From NCBI GenBank assembly GCA_964016885.1, contig OZ024754.1, positions 12,896,001 through 12,960,000 of the forward strand: a stretch of 64,000 nt of DNA, in the 5' to 3' direction. The first letter of the stretch is position 1, and the number at the start of each line of letters is the position of its first letter. Both the position numbers and the translations under genes were made by a program. The notes under the pieces were generated by a model that saw nothing but the letters and a program-made list of their open reading frames with translations, was not told the origin of the DNA and did no database searches. Below are positions 16,483 to 28,088 of this stretch, piece after piece. Origin of the DNA: Eledone cirrhosa. Its lineage: Eukaryota.

Positions 16483-16486
<4 letters not shown>
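15840..16486 (+). mobile_element. Retrozyme-like ~441-bp monomer with degenerate HHR, short terminal inversion and nested SINE
   Basis: GATATTCGAAAA context recurs at 15900 and 16341. A 23-bp inverted repeat lies at 15840-15862 / 15938-15960. HHR-like CAGTA-CTGATGA...GAAA-CATTAGTG-TC-TGCCG at 16191-16235. AATATGCAGAT and AATATGCATAT motifs lie upstream. Confidence 0.6.
16353..16461 (+). mobile_element. 5'-truncated SINE with apparent target-site duplication (ATATTCGAAAA)
   Basis: Matches the SINE body at 43956-44148 and 57232-57537 (CTTACGGGGTCGATAAAATAAAGTACCAGT...GCTGGCCTTGTGC). Flanked by ATATTCGAAAA at 16342 and 16462. Confidence 0.8.
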
Positions 16487-16542
<56 letters not shown>

Positions 16543-16549
<7 letters not shown>

Positions 16550-16878
16550 TAAAATAACAGATTAAGTTTAAGCAAAGAATCCCTGCTTTCACTCTCTTAT
16601 ATATTTGATATATATTTATCCTTATCGAGCCCTCTTTGGATTTTAGTCTTCAAATTTATTATTATTACTATTTGGCTCCTTCGGTTGAGCACTCTACTGA
16701 CTTATATTACTTTGTTAGTTTCAGAAGATCCCGTTAAGGGTGAAAGCAGCGATTCTTTGCTTAAACTTAATCTGTTATTTTAATAAATATTTGCTCTACG
16801 GTTCTTATATACTTGATATATATTTATCCTTATCGAGCCCTCTTTGGATTTTAGTCTTCAAATTTATTATTATTACTA
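16543..16878 (+). mobile_element. Family F1 element: short inversion plus 208-nt tandem unit with HHR-like motif (16717-16767)
   Basis: TATATTTATCCTTATCGAGCCC recurs at 16611 and 16819; CAGAAGA...GAAAGCAGCGATTCTTTGCTTAAACT. Confidence 0.75.
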
Positions 16879-17039
16879 TATATATATATATATATATATA
16901 TATTTCTTTTTCCTTTCTTCCTCTTCCGTACCTTTTCCCCCTTCCTTTCCCTGTTTCCAATCTCCTATATCCTTTTAAATTTATTTATCATATGTTGATT
17001 ACACACAAGTGTTTTTTTAAGCTTCATATCATGTCTCCC

Positions 17040-17110
17040 TATTTTATCTGATGAGAACGCAAATATCGTCCCAGGATGATATTTGTTTTTGAAATGCGCA
17101 TAATAAAATA
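17040..17110 (+). ncRNA. Type I hammerhead ribozyme, canonical core
   Basis: TATTTTAT-CTGATGA-GAACGCAAATATCGTCC-CA-GGATGATATTTGTTTTT-GAAA-TGCGCA-TA-ATAAAATA, with an 8-bp stem I and palindromic stem III. Confidence 0.9.
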
Positions 17111-17147
17111 CATAGAACTTTTTTAACCATGTTTTAATTTCTTCTTA

Positions 17148-17179
<32 letters not shown>

Positions 17180-17440
17180 CATATATATATATATACATAT
17201 ATATATATACATATATACATATATATATACATATACATATATACATATATATATACATATATACATATATATATATACATATATATATATACATATATAC
17301 ATATATACATATACATATATATATACATATACATATACATATATATATACATATACATATATATATACATATATACATATATATATACATATATACATAT
17401 ATATACATATATATACATATATACATATATATACATATAT

Positions 17441-18046
17441 GGTGGCTGCCAACTCGTTTTCGAGTACGGCCACTACTTTATATCCATGTAGGAGAACCCC
17501 TACTGATGCGCTGAACGAGTGACTTTTTAGTCCAGCCAGCGACTTGAAAACTCTGGTACAAAGACTACACTTGTGACAATTATTGACACATAGTGTTGGG
17601 CCCATGGTACCATGTGACGACAAGTGCAGAGAGATCTCCAGATATAAAGCAATGCCTGTGCCGTGAAGCTTTTATAGTGAGCAAAGGCACTGCACAAAGC
17701 CAGTCCCACTCTCTTAACCAAGATGATATTTACCAAAAAGAAGAACAAGTCAACATCATTGGATACCATCAGGGTTGCAGGTGTTATATCAGAGTTTTCC
17801 TTCTCCTAGAATTCTGCCTTGACAAAGGCTAAGGGGTCATCTCTCCCGGTGATTTTGGATGGCCATTGACTCTTAAGAGCTCCTTTGCCCTTTGACAGGT
17901 TTTGTTTTTAGTCCTGCAGGATGTCCAAAGTCACCCTCCTCACCAAGAAACCTTGGTGGGGTTGCCAGTTTAGTCGCCAACGACCCGACCATGAGACAGG
18001 TTGTACTGGGATACATGTTACCAGTAGCACCAACTGGTGACCTGAC
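17441..18046 (-). mobile_element. Non-autonomous, internally deleted RTE-type element (5' UTR joined to C-terminal C2H2 remnant)
   Basis: 17920-18030 aligns with the 5' end of the RTE at 48290-48396. The minus frame encodes [18 protein letters not shown], resembling the RTE C-terminal zinc finger. Confidence 0.7.
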
Positions 18047-18376
18047 ATAAATATATATATACATATATACATATATACATATATACATATATATACATAT
18101 ATATACATATATATACATATATATACATATATATATATACATATATATACATATATATACATATATATACATATATATATATACATATATATACATATAT
18201 ATACATATATATATATACATATATATACATATATACATATATATATATACATATATATATACATATATACATATATATACATATATACATATATATACAT
18301 ATATATATACATATATATACATATATATATATATACATATATACATACATATATATATATATACATATATACATAC

Positions 18377-18415
<39 letters not shown>

Positions 18416-18424
18416 CATATACAC

Positions 18425-18473
<49 letters not shown>

Positions 18474-18789
18474 GCGTGCGTGTTTATGCGTCTGTGTATT
18501 TGGGTATGTATAAGTTTACATTCAAATATTTATAACTTAGTAATGTCTTCTATCCATCTTTCCATCCCAATATTTTATATTTTAAGTCTAATATTTCCTC
18601 TTAAATATTTACTTATGTTCCTTTATATCCATTCCCTCTTTAGTTTTATATTCAGTTATTTCCGTTGTCTACAATAACAAGTGATTTGTATATTTATTGT
18701 AACAAATTAAACTATAATATGTTCCAAATTCAAATATCTAAACATTTCACTAGCAATATTATTTCTAATCAACTGTAAACCCACCTGCT

Positions 18790-19054
18790 TAGAAATCTCC
18801 AAGAAATTCTCTTTTGTTTGTTTCTTTGTGAAACTACTATATGACTTTATATTAACGCATCATATTAACACACCTTGTTTGTTCGTTTCTTGTTTTCTTG
18901 ATACACACGCACACCCACACACACACACGCACACACACACATAGAAATCTCCAGGAAATTCTCTTTTGTTTGTTTCTTTGTGAAACTACTATACGACTTT
19001 ATATTAACGCATCATATTAACACACCTTGTTTGTTCGTTTCTTGTTTTCTTGAT

Positions 19055-19099
<45 letters not shown>

Positions 19100-19100
19100 C
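18790..19100. repeat. 152-bp direct tandem duplication ending in (CA)n
   Basis: TAGAAATCTCCA...CTTGATAC at 18790 and 18942. Confidence 0.85.
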
Positions 19101-19239
19101 ATACACACGCACACACACACATGCACACACGCACACGCACATGCACACACACACACACACATATCTATAAATACATACACACATATATATAAACACATAC
19201 ACACTTATATATATAAACACATGCATATATTTATATAAC

Positions 19240-19385
19240 TTCTTCACCCGCGTATTCGTGATAGGGTCGTGGGGCCAGAGTCCTGAAACTGCTCCTGTCA
19301 GGAGCAACCGACTCCAACTGATCCGGCTGGATCCCCAAGCGTGACCAGCCAAGCTCGTGGATGTTAGTCAAACATCTTGTTTGGG
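19240..19385 (-). mobile_element. Probable extreme 3' fragment of an RTE-type LINE
   Basis: The minus strand reads LGIQPDQLESVAPDRSSFR, resembling the RTE terminal LxAxDRxxWR motif; GC-rich island between microsatellites. Confidence 0.5.
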
Positions 19386-19424
19386 CTCTCTCTCTCCCTC
19401 TCTCTCTCTATATATATATATATA

Positions 19425-19862
19425 ACAAGTAAATATTTTATAACTGATATAAAGCACTCGACAAGTTTTTGGAGTAGATATACGATATTAAACAAATGGA
19501 AACTATATTTATAAAACCATATTTATTTCATTATACATATTTCAGGGATACCATATTAAAAATATTGCATGCCTTCGTCAGATAAAATACAATATATATA
19601 CAGTTTTATAAATAATTTTGACGTACCCTATTATAAGCGACCATTACATTTGGAAGCTGTCTGGATAGTTACACATTTTGAACTGCTTCCAAATGTAATG
19701 GTCGCTTATAATAGAGTACGTCAAAATTATTTATAAAACTGTTTATATATTGTATTTTATCTGATGAAGGCATGCCATATTTTTAATATGGTATCCCTGA
19801 AATATGTATAATGAAATAAATATGGTTTTATAAATATAGTTTCCATTTATTTAATATCGTAT
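19425..19862. mobile_element. Fold-back element with two divergent HHRs (family F2)
   Basis: Arms 19480-19657 and 19685-19862 with tail 19425-19479. HHR 19753-19818(+): TATTTTAT-CTGATGA-AGGCATGCCATATT-TTT-AATATGGTATCCCT-GAAA-TATGTA-TA-ATGAAATA. The mirror at 19524-19589(-) has CTGACGA. Confidence 0.87.
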
Positions 19863-20176
19863 ATATATATATATCATCATCATCATCATCATCACCGTTT
19901 TACGTCCGTTCTTCCACGCTAGCATGGGTTAGACGGGTTGTCCTGTTGTGGGCAGTGTCTGGTCGGCTGACCATGCCTTGCTCATACAGGAACTGATCTG
20001 GCTTGATTTCTACAGCTGGATGCCCTTCCTAACACCAACCTCATTTACAGTGAGTGCTGGGTGCTTTTTCGTGGCGCCTACACGTCCACTTTACAGTGTG
20101 GGCTGGGTGCTTTTTTGCCGTGGCACCTCCACGGCCACCTTGCGGTGGGGGGGGGGGGGCATATTGTTTATATGCT

Positions 20177-23100
20177 TCAGCATGTACCCATGGGAGGTCG
20201 GGTACCCTGTATTACTGCGTGACGCCAGAAGTAACGGTCGTGTGTCATTGACTTTGAGAGGTGTAGTTGGGTAATGTCGGCTTTTATCACCTCATCCCAA
20301 GTCATCTTGGGTCTCCCCACTCCGCGGTTTCCATCAACTTCTAGTGCTCTGCACCTTTTTATGCAGCTGTCATCCTTCATACGCATCACATGTCCATACC
20401 AGCGTAACCGCCTCTCCTGCACGCAGCATTTGATTCCTCTTATGCCCAGTCTCTCTCTCAATTCCTTTATGCTTTGTCGTTCACGTATATTACTGTTACA
20501 CATCCATCGGAGCATGCAGGCTTCGTTTCTCTCTAATCTACGTAAGTCTTCCACCTTCAGCGCCCAGGTCTCACTACCATGCAACATCGCTGTTCGGATA
20601 CACGCATCATACAGTCTGCCTTTCATTCTGAGGGAGAAGCCTTTTGCAGCTAGCAGTGGTAGTAGTTCCCTAAACTTCTTCCATCCCGTTCTTACCCTAG
20701 TTATTGTACTTTCTGAGCACCCACCTCCGTTGCTAATTCGGTCACCTAGGTAGCAGAAGCTGTCTACTGTTTCTACAGGGCCCTCCCAGAGATTGGTGGT
20801 ACTTGTTTCCTGTGGCTGTTTGCTTGCTGTTTCAGCACAGCTGCTGCATGTGAATCCTACATTCTTAATTAAGCTTCCTGAGATCCCGCTACATCTCTTG
20901 TGTACCCATTGTTTGCATTTGGGGCAGAGAATGGAGTTCCTACCTACACCTTTCCTACATACTGAGCAAGGCCATTTCCCTGAGGGGATCTGGGTTCTGT
21001 TTTCTCGTCTACTTACAAGGACCTTAGTCTTTGTCATGTTGACTTTGAGGCCCTTTCTCTCTAGTCCCTGCTTCCAGGTTTGGAATTTATTCTCTAGTTC
21101 TACCATAGATTCAGCTATGAGTGCGAGGTCATCAGCATACAGGAGTTCCCATGGGCATCCGGTCTTAAACTCCTCCGTTATTGCCTGCAGGACTATGATG
21201 AACAGGAGAGGGCTAAGAACAGAGCCCTGGTGGACCCCAACCTGTACGCTAAATTCCTCGCTATACTCATTGCCAATCCTAACTTTGCTGACTGCTCCCC
21301 TATACATGGCTTGTACCGCTTTCACAAGCCATTCATCTACTCCTAGTTTTCTAAGAGCCCACCAGATTACTGCACGTGGAACTCTGTCAAAGGCTTTCTC
21401 AAGGTCGACAAATGCCAAGTAGAGTGGCTTACTTTTAGCTAGGTACTTTTCCTGTAATTGCCTCACAAGGAAGAGGGCATCAGTGGTGCCTTTCCCTGGT
21501 ACAAACCCAAATTGCATCTCGTCTATATTCACCCGGTCCCTAATCAGCTGTGCTATAACTCTTTCTGTTACTTTCATGACCTGGTCCATCAACTTTATAC
21601 CTCTATAGTTTCCTCTATCTAGTGCATCGCCTTTACCTTTGTAGCAGTTGACAATGATGCTACTGCACCAATCTTTTGGTATGGCCCCCTCTAGTATTAC
21701 CTGGTTAACGATACGTGTGGTTATAGTGTGACCTACAGACCCAGATGCCTTCAGCATCTCGGCAGCTATACCCGATGGACCGGTTGCCTTCCCTATCTTC
21801 ATATCTCTGATTGCCTTACTTACTACGCTGCCGCTGACTTGTACTGCTGGTCCCTCTATAGGGTCTACGTGGGGTAGGGTCTCTTCTTCCCATGCATTCT
21901 CCTCATTTAGTAATCTATCATAATGACTCTTCCATGCATCTTTCTTCTCAGCACTTGTGAGGGCAAGCTCACCTTTATCATTCCGGATACACTTCTCTCC
22001 AATGACATCACAACTATCTCTGACACACTGCCTCGCAATCTTGAATACCTCCTGTTTCTGGTCCTCACGTTGTAAAACATGCTTGAATTTTCTATCCTCT
22101 GCTTCCCTCCTAGCTAAGTATACTTGTCGCCTAGCTTCCCTCTTGGTCTCTATGTAATGTACCCTGCTCCCCCCGTTCTTCCATTCTTTCCATGCCTGTC
22201 TCTTGGCCTTGACTGCTTCATCTACCTTATTGTTCCACCACCAAGTCACTCTCCTCCTGCTTGAGGTCTTACTCCAGCCACAAACCTCATCCGTCGCCTC
22301 TAGTAAGTTATTTTTTAGGAACTCCCAGTTCTCTTCTACGTTAAATGTCTCTATCTGTTCTTCTTTACTGTCGTAGGCGTTGAGTAAAATATCTTTAAAT
22401 CTGTTACTGGTTGAGGGGACTTTCAGCTTCCAGATCTTTCTTCTCCAGGTTGGCCTCTGTTTCAGGGCTCGTCTAGTTCTGACCGTGAGGTCGCTGACAA
22501 CTAAGCTATGTTGGGATGTACATTCCTCACTAGGGAAGGCTTTTGTGTTTACGACCGTCCATCTGTCACGTCCTCTGATGAGGATAAAATCTAACTGACT
22601 AGAGTGCTCCCCTGATCTATAGGTGATCAGGTGGTTGTCGGGTTTTTTAAAGTTTGTGTTACATATCGACATGTCATTGGCGTCGCAGAATTCTAGAAGT
22701 CTGAATCCTTCCTCATTCCTTGTGCCAACTCCATGGCCTCCATGTACTCTATTGAAGCCGTCGCAGTGTTTACCTACGTGTCCGTTAAAATCTCCTGCAA
22801 TGATTAGGAAGTCCTTGTCGTCTGTTAGAGCAGTAGTGTGTATTAGGGACTCGTAAAACCTATCCTTAAGTTCGTCTGGCAGCCCCGATTGGGGTGCGTA
22901 AGCTGATATTATTGTGGTAATTGTCTTATTCAGGACTAGTCTGAGTTTAATGATTCTTGCATTTACCCTGTACACTGAGATTACTTTATCTACCCACTTG
23001 TCAGCTAATAGTATACCTACACCACCCATCCCATCGTCATTTCCCACCCAGAAAAATTTGTAGCACTGGCTTTTTCCTACAAGGACTCTAGCAGACCCTC

Positions 23101-23296
23101 CTCTCCATCTAGTCTCTTGCACACAGCATACATCAACTTCCTTTCGCTCTAGCATTTCTACGATTTCTCCTGCTCTTCCTTTCATTGAGCCTACATTGAT
23201 GGTACCAACTCGGAGTTTTGGGCATTTGTCGACACTCGTAGGGGAGGGTCTCTGGGTTGGCGCTTCACGTGGGTGCTTGGTAGCTCGCAGATTCAT
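20177..23296 (-). CDS. RTE-clade ORF: APE endonuclease + reverse transcriptase with inserted PHD finger (1039 aa, uninterrupted)
   Basis: APE motifs GTINV, VQETRW, YAPQ, GDFNGH, LDFIL and SQH. RT motifs NYRGI, QFGF, FVDLEKAFD, GVHQGSVLSPLLF, YADD, YLG and RRLRWYGHV. C4HC3 pattern at 20836-20976. Confidence 0.95.
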   Translation of the reverse strand: MNLRATKHPREAPTQRPSPTSVDKCPKLRVGTINVGSMKGRAGEIVEMLERKEVDVCCVQETRWRGGSARVLVGKSQCYKFFWVGNDDGMGGVGILLADKWVDKVISVYRVNARIIKLRLVLNKTITTIISAYAPQSGLPDELKDRFYESLIHTTALTDDKDFLIIAGDFNGHVGKHCDGFNRVHGGHGVGTRNEEGFRLLEFCDANDMSICNTNFKKPDNHLITYRSGEHSSQLDFILIRGRDRWTVVNTKAFPSEECTSQHSLVVSDLTVRTRRALKQRPTWRRKIWKLKVPSTSNRFKDILLNAYDSKEEQIETFNVEENWEFLKNNLLEATDEVCGWSKTSSRRRVTWWWNNKVDEAVKAKRQAWKEWKNGGSRVHYIETKREARRQVYLARREAEDRKFKHVLQREDQKQEVFKIARQCVRDSCDVIGEKCIRNDKGELALTSAEKKDAWKSHYDRLLNEENAWEEETLPHVDPIEGPAVQVSGSVVSKAIRDMKIGKATGPSGIAAEMLKASGSVGHTITTRIVNQVILEGAIPKDWCSSIIVNCYKGKGDALDRGNYRGIKLMDQVMKVTERVIAQLIRDRVNIDEMQFGFVPGKGTTDALFLVRQLQEKYLAKSKPLYLAFVDLEKAFDRVPRAVIWWALRKLGVDEWLVKAVQAMYRGAVSKVRIGNEYSEEFSVQVGVHQGSVLSPLLFIIVLQAITEEFKTGCPWELLYADDLALIAESMVELENKFQTWKQGLERKGLKVNMTKTKVLVSRRENRTQIPSGKWPCSVCRKGVGRNSILCPKCKQWVHKRCSGISGSLIKNVGFTCSSCAETASKQPQETSTTNLWEGPVETVDSFCYLGDRISNGGGCSESTITRVRTGWKKFRELLPLLAAKGFSLRMKGRLYDACIRTAMLHGSETWALKVEDLRRLERNEACMLRWMCNSNIRERQSIKELRERLGIRGIKCCVQERRLRWYGHVMRMKDDSCIKRCRALEVDGNRGVGRPKMTWDEVIKADITQLHLSKSMTHDRYFWRHAVIQGTRPPMGTC

Positions 23297-23542
23297 ATTT
23301 CATCTATTGATTCAGAGTTGCTCGTGTATTCCCAGCTCATCCATCCATAACGGTGGGAAAATTGAGGGCTAGAAGAACAGTGGTGGTGGGGTAATGGCAG
23401 GGTGTGTTGGGATGCGCCAGAGGAGGAGAGAGTTAGTTAGGCAGGTAGTAGCAGCAGCAGTGGAAATGGCATGCTAGGTTTGATTGGTCGAATAGACTAT
23501 GGTGGTGTGTGGGGGTGGGGGGGGGGGGAGGGAAATTGTAAG

Positions 23543-25996
23543 GTAGGAACTGAGAGTCGCATGGTAAATATCCAAGTTAATACTACATCAGTAAAATTAA
23601 CAATAATAACGTCATGAAAAAACTACTAAGAGAAACCCTAGAAAATTTATCGCTAATACAGCAGGGAAAATTTAACGCTAATACAGCAGGGAACATCATA
23701 ATATTAACGACAATATGTAGGCTAAAATACCTTCGTAGATTAGATGGATGGCTGGAATAATTGGAATCAGCTCTAGTGATACATTTTAGCAAGGAAGAAT
23801 GGGAAAGTATCTTATCTCTTCAATATTTTCAGATTGAATAAATTAGGTTAAAGACAGGGTAGTAAGCCTTAAAGAAGTGCATAGAGAGGGGGGGGGGGGT
23901 AGGAACTGAGGGTCGCATGGTAAATAACTGAGAGAGATACAATAGGATTAGAATACCGCATGGTAAATATCCAAGTTAATAAGTTAATACTACATCAGTA
24001 AAATTAACAATAATAACGTCATGAAAAAACTACTAAGAGAAACCCTAGAAAATTTATCGCTAATACAGCAGGGAAAATTTAACGCTAATACAGCAGGGAA
24101 CATCATAATATTAACGACAATATGTAGGCTAAAATACCTTCGTAGATTAGATGGATGGCTGGAATAATTGGAATCAGCTCTAGTGATACATTTTAGCAAG
24201 GAAGAATGGGAAAGTATCTTATCTCTTCAATATTTTCAGATTGAATAAATTAGGTTAAAGACAGGGTAGTAAGCCTTAAAGAAGTGCATAGAGAGGGGGG
24301 GGGGTAGGAACTGAGGGTCGCATGGTAAATAACTGAGAGAGATACAATAGGATTAGAATACCGCATGGTAAATATCCAAGTTAATAAGTTAATACTACAT
24401 CAGTAAAATTAACAATAATAACGTCATGAAAAAAACTACTAAGAGAAACCCTAGAAAATTTATCGCTAATACAGCAGGGAAAATTTAACGCTAATACAGC
24501 AGGGAACATCATAATATTAACGACAATATGTAGGCTAAAATACCTTCGTAGATTAGATGGATGGCTGGAATAATTGGAATCAGCTCTAGTGATACATTTT
24601 AGCAGAGAAGAATGGGAAAGTATCTTATCTCTTCAATATTTTCAGATTGAATGAATTAGGTTAAAGACAGGGTAGTAAGCCTTAAAGAAGTGCATAGAGA
24701 GGGGGGGGGGGGGGGGTAGGAACTGAGGGTCGCATGGTAAATAACTGAGAGAGATACAATAGGATTAGAATACCGCATGGTAAATATCCAAGTTAATAAG
24801 TTAATACTACATCAGTAAAATTAACAATAATAACGTCATGAAAAAAACTACTAAGAGAAACCCTAGAAAATTTATCGCTAATACAGCAGGGAAAATTTAA
24901 CGCTAATACAGCAGGGAACATCATAATATTAACGACAATATGTAGGCTAAAATACCTTCGTAGATTAGATGGATGGCTGGAATAATTGGAATCAGCTCTA
25001 GTGATACATTTTAGCAGAGAAGAATGGGAAAGTATCTTATCTCTTCAATATTTTCAGATTGAATGAATTAGGTTAAAGACAGGGTAGTAAGCCTTAAAGA
25101 AGTGCATAGAGAGGGGGGGGGGGTAGGAACTGAGGGTCGCATGGTAAATAACTGAGAGAGATACAATAGGATTAGAATACCGCATGGTAAATATCCAAGT
25201 TAATAAGTTAATACTACATCAGTAAAATTAACAATAATAACGTCATGAAAAAACTACTAAGAGAAACCCTAGAAAATTTATCGCTAATACAGCAGGGAAA
25301 ATTTAACGCTAATACAGCAGGGAACATCATAATATTAACGACAATATGTAGGCTAAAATACCTTCGTAGATTAGATGGATGGCTGGAATAATTGGAATCA
25401 GCTCTAGTGATACATTTTAGCAGAGAAGAATGGGAAAGTATCTTATCTCTTCAATATTTTCAGATTGAATGAATTAGGTTAAAGACAGGGTAGTAAGCCT
25501 TAAAGAAGTGCATAGAGAGGGGGGTGGGGTAGGAACTGAGGGTCGCATGGTAAATAACTGAGAGAGATACAATAGGATTAGAATACCGCATGGTAAATAT
25601 CCAAGTTAATAAGTTAATACTACATCAGTAAAATTAACAATAATAACGTCATGAAAAAACTACTAAGAGAAACCCTAGAAAATTTATCGCTAATACAGCA
25701 GGGAAAATTTAACGCTAATACAGCAGGGAACATCATAATATTAACGACAATATGTAGGCTAAAATACCTTCGTAGATTAGATGGATGGCTGGAATAATTG
25801 GAATCAGCTCTAGTGATACATTTTAGCAGAGAAGAATGGGAAAGTATCTTATCTCTTCAATATTTTCAGATTGAATGAATTAGGTTAAAGACAGGGTAGT
25901 AAGCCTTAAAGAAGTGCATAGAGAGGGGGGGGGGTAGGAACTGAGAGTCGCATGTTAAATAACTGAGAGAGATACAATAGGATTAGAATACCGCAT

Positions 25997-25999
<3 letters not shown>
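23543..25999. repeat. Tandem array of ~405-412 bp monomers (about 6 copies)
   Basis: GTAGGAACTGAG starts near 23543, 23899, 24304, 24716, 25123, 25529 and 25934. Units differ mainly in poly-G length and a few variants. Confidence 0.95.
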
Positions 26000-26054
<55 letters not shown>

Positions 26055-26059
<5 letters not shown>

Positions 26060-27834
26060 AATAATAACAAAATGTGGAGAAGGAGCGAACACACGAGTTG
26101 GAATATATATATATGAAAATAGGGAGAAAAAGACGATTATGAGGAAGGAAAAAATATTTTTTTCCCTTTTATTTTTTCTCTTTTTTGGGTTAGAAAATGT
26201 TTAAAAGAAAATATTTTACTTTGTGTGAAGTGTTAAGGTATTAGTTAATTTATTTATTAATTAACAATGGCATTTATTTATTTATTTATATATTTAATAA
26301 TTGTCTATTACCGGTTTCAGCATTTTATGCATTATCAAAGGGGGGAATTTGTATTCGTGTAAACTATTGGTGATGTTGAACATGTTAAGGAAATAGGAAA
26401 AAAAGAATAAGTTATTTACAAACAAGATCTTTGAAGTGAAAAGAAAAGAGAAAAAAAAACGAAAAAGAAACGGGGGTAATGTGGTACATGATAAGGTAAT
26501 TGGAAAGAAAAAATAATATTATTTACAGGCATAGTTCTTGAAGATAAGCAGTTCAAAATGTGTTATTATGGCAAGAGTGCTTAGTTGATCTATGATGGAG
26601 GCAAATGGTAGTCTGGGGTTTGATATGATTTCCCTTATTAGAGAGTTAATATGCAGGGGGAGGTAATTCAGTGTGGTCAGGTAGAGGAAAGAGAAATGAG
26701 AGTAGGTAATTTATTTATATAAGAAAAAGGATTAGGTAGGGTGTGAGGGAGGTAACTCTTTAGAGAACATAGGAATTTGGTTTTGGTTCATTGTTCGTTC
26801 CAGTTTTAGTTTAGTCTGAAGTTTAGTCCATTAAGTAGAGGTTGGAATTTGTTGATGAAGTACGTTTCCTTATTGATACGATGGATGAAAGAAGCGTTGT
26901 CTATGAATTTGTAAATGGGGAAAATTTTAAAGCTTGGATGTTGTTTAGGTGTACAATTGGCGATATGTTCACTAAAAGCAATCTTTCTGTATTCCTGTAA
27001 TTTGATTTGTGATCTATGGACGGTCATACGTTGTCGGAAGCTGTTTTTTGTCTGTCCTATGTAGTGCTCTTGACAACCTGAGCAGGTCAAAACATAGATT
27101 AGGTTTTCAGATGCACATGTAAAGTTGTGTTTAACTGTGAAACGTTGTCCTTGTTTAAAATGGAATGTTGAACCTTCTATTTATACGACAGTTGGTCCTT
27201 CCGCATTTTTTTTTACTGTAGGGTTCATTGTGAGGGTTGGTTGAAGTTTGGCTTGTGTGAGGATGTTTTTTATGGATTTAGGTTGTCTTTTGCTCTTTAT
27301 GATGTTGTGTGTTTGGAGGATTTTGTTCATTCTTGGGTTTCTTTTTAGTAAAGGAATGTTCTGGAGGATGGTGTCGAATGCCTCATTGTTGAGGGGATTG
27401 TGTGTGGAGATGTATGGTAGAGTTTTCTGTTGCGGTTCATTCCTGGGTTTGGGGTGTCTGAGTTCCTGGATGTTGAGTTTTAGGGCACGTTGGAATCCAT
27501 TGGTGATTAGGGATGGTGGGTAGTTTCTGCTGATAAGTGTGTTCTTTAATTCTTCTAGTCGTGTGTAGCATGTGTATTTATTTGAAACTATTGTGCAGAT
27601 CCTTCTGGCTAGGTTATAAGGAATAGACAAAACCGGTAATACACAATTATTAAATATATAAATAAATAAATAAATGCCATTGTTAATTAATAAATAAATT
27701 AACTAATACCTTAACACGTCACACAATGTAAAATATTTTGTTTTAAACATTTTCTAATTCTAACCCCAAAAAGAGAAAAATATAAAAGGGAAAAAAAATA
27801 TTTTTCTTCCTAATAATCGTCTTTTTCTCCCTAT

Positions 27835-27843
<9 letters not shown>
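26055..27843 (-). mobile_element. 5'-truncated Penelope-like element (Neptune-type CxxC GIY-YIG) with inverted pseudo-LTR
   Basis: ORF 27181-27630 has SIPYNLARRI and RNYP. The GIY-YIG region reads NLIYVLTCSGCQEHYIGQT...R...HR...E...LN (26806-27110). Arms lie at ~26108-26317 and ~27630-27843. A degenerate HHR TTGATAA...GAAA-CCGG-TA is at 26305-26342(-). A solo relative is at 35630-35756. Confidence 0.88.
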
Positions 27844-27897
<54 letters not shown>

Positions 27898-28088
27898 TAA
27901 GTGACATAGTCACTACTTTAACACTCATAGCGAATGGTCTTCTAAATGTTTTTCATTAAATATACAGTATATTGCCAAATATACTATACATACATTCATA
28001 TATATATATATAAGTATTGAAGTTTCCGTTGAAGAAGTCAGAGGAATGAAGAGTGCTCTATGTAAATTACAGAACTAAATATATATAT

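Larger units (their letters stand above)
19873..25999 (-). mobile_element. Apparently full-length RTE-clade LINE with tandem-monomer 5' region and (GAT)n tail
   Basis: (CAT)n at 19873-19892 on + is the 3' tail. The 3' UTR is shared with 59426-59800, the ORF 20177-23296 is intact, and tandem monomers lie at 23543-25999. Both ends are in (TA)n. Confidence 0.9.

Noticed and set aside
23543-25999. Ribozyme or ORF within the 407-bp monomers
   Set aside because: No complete HHR core was found on either strand, and the 69-aa ORF is not maintained in all units.
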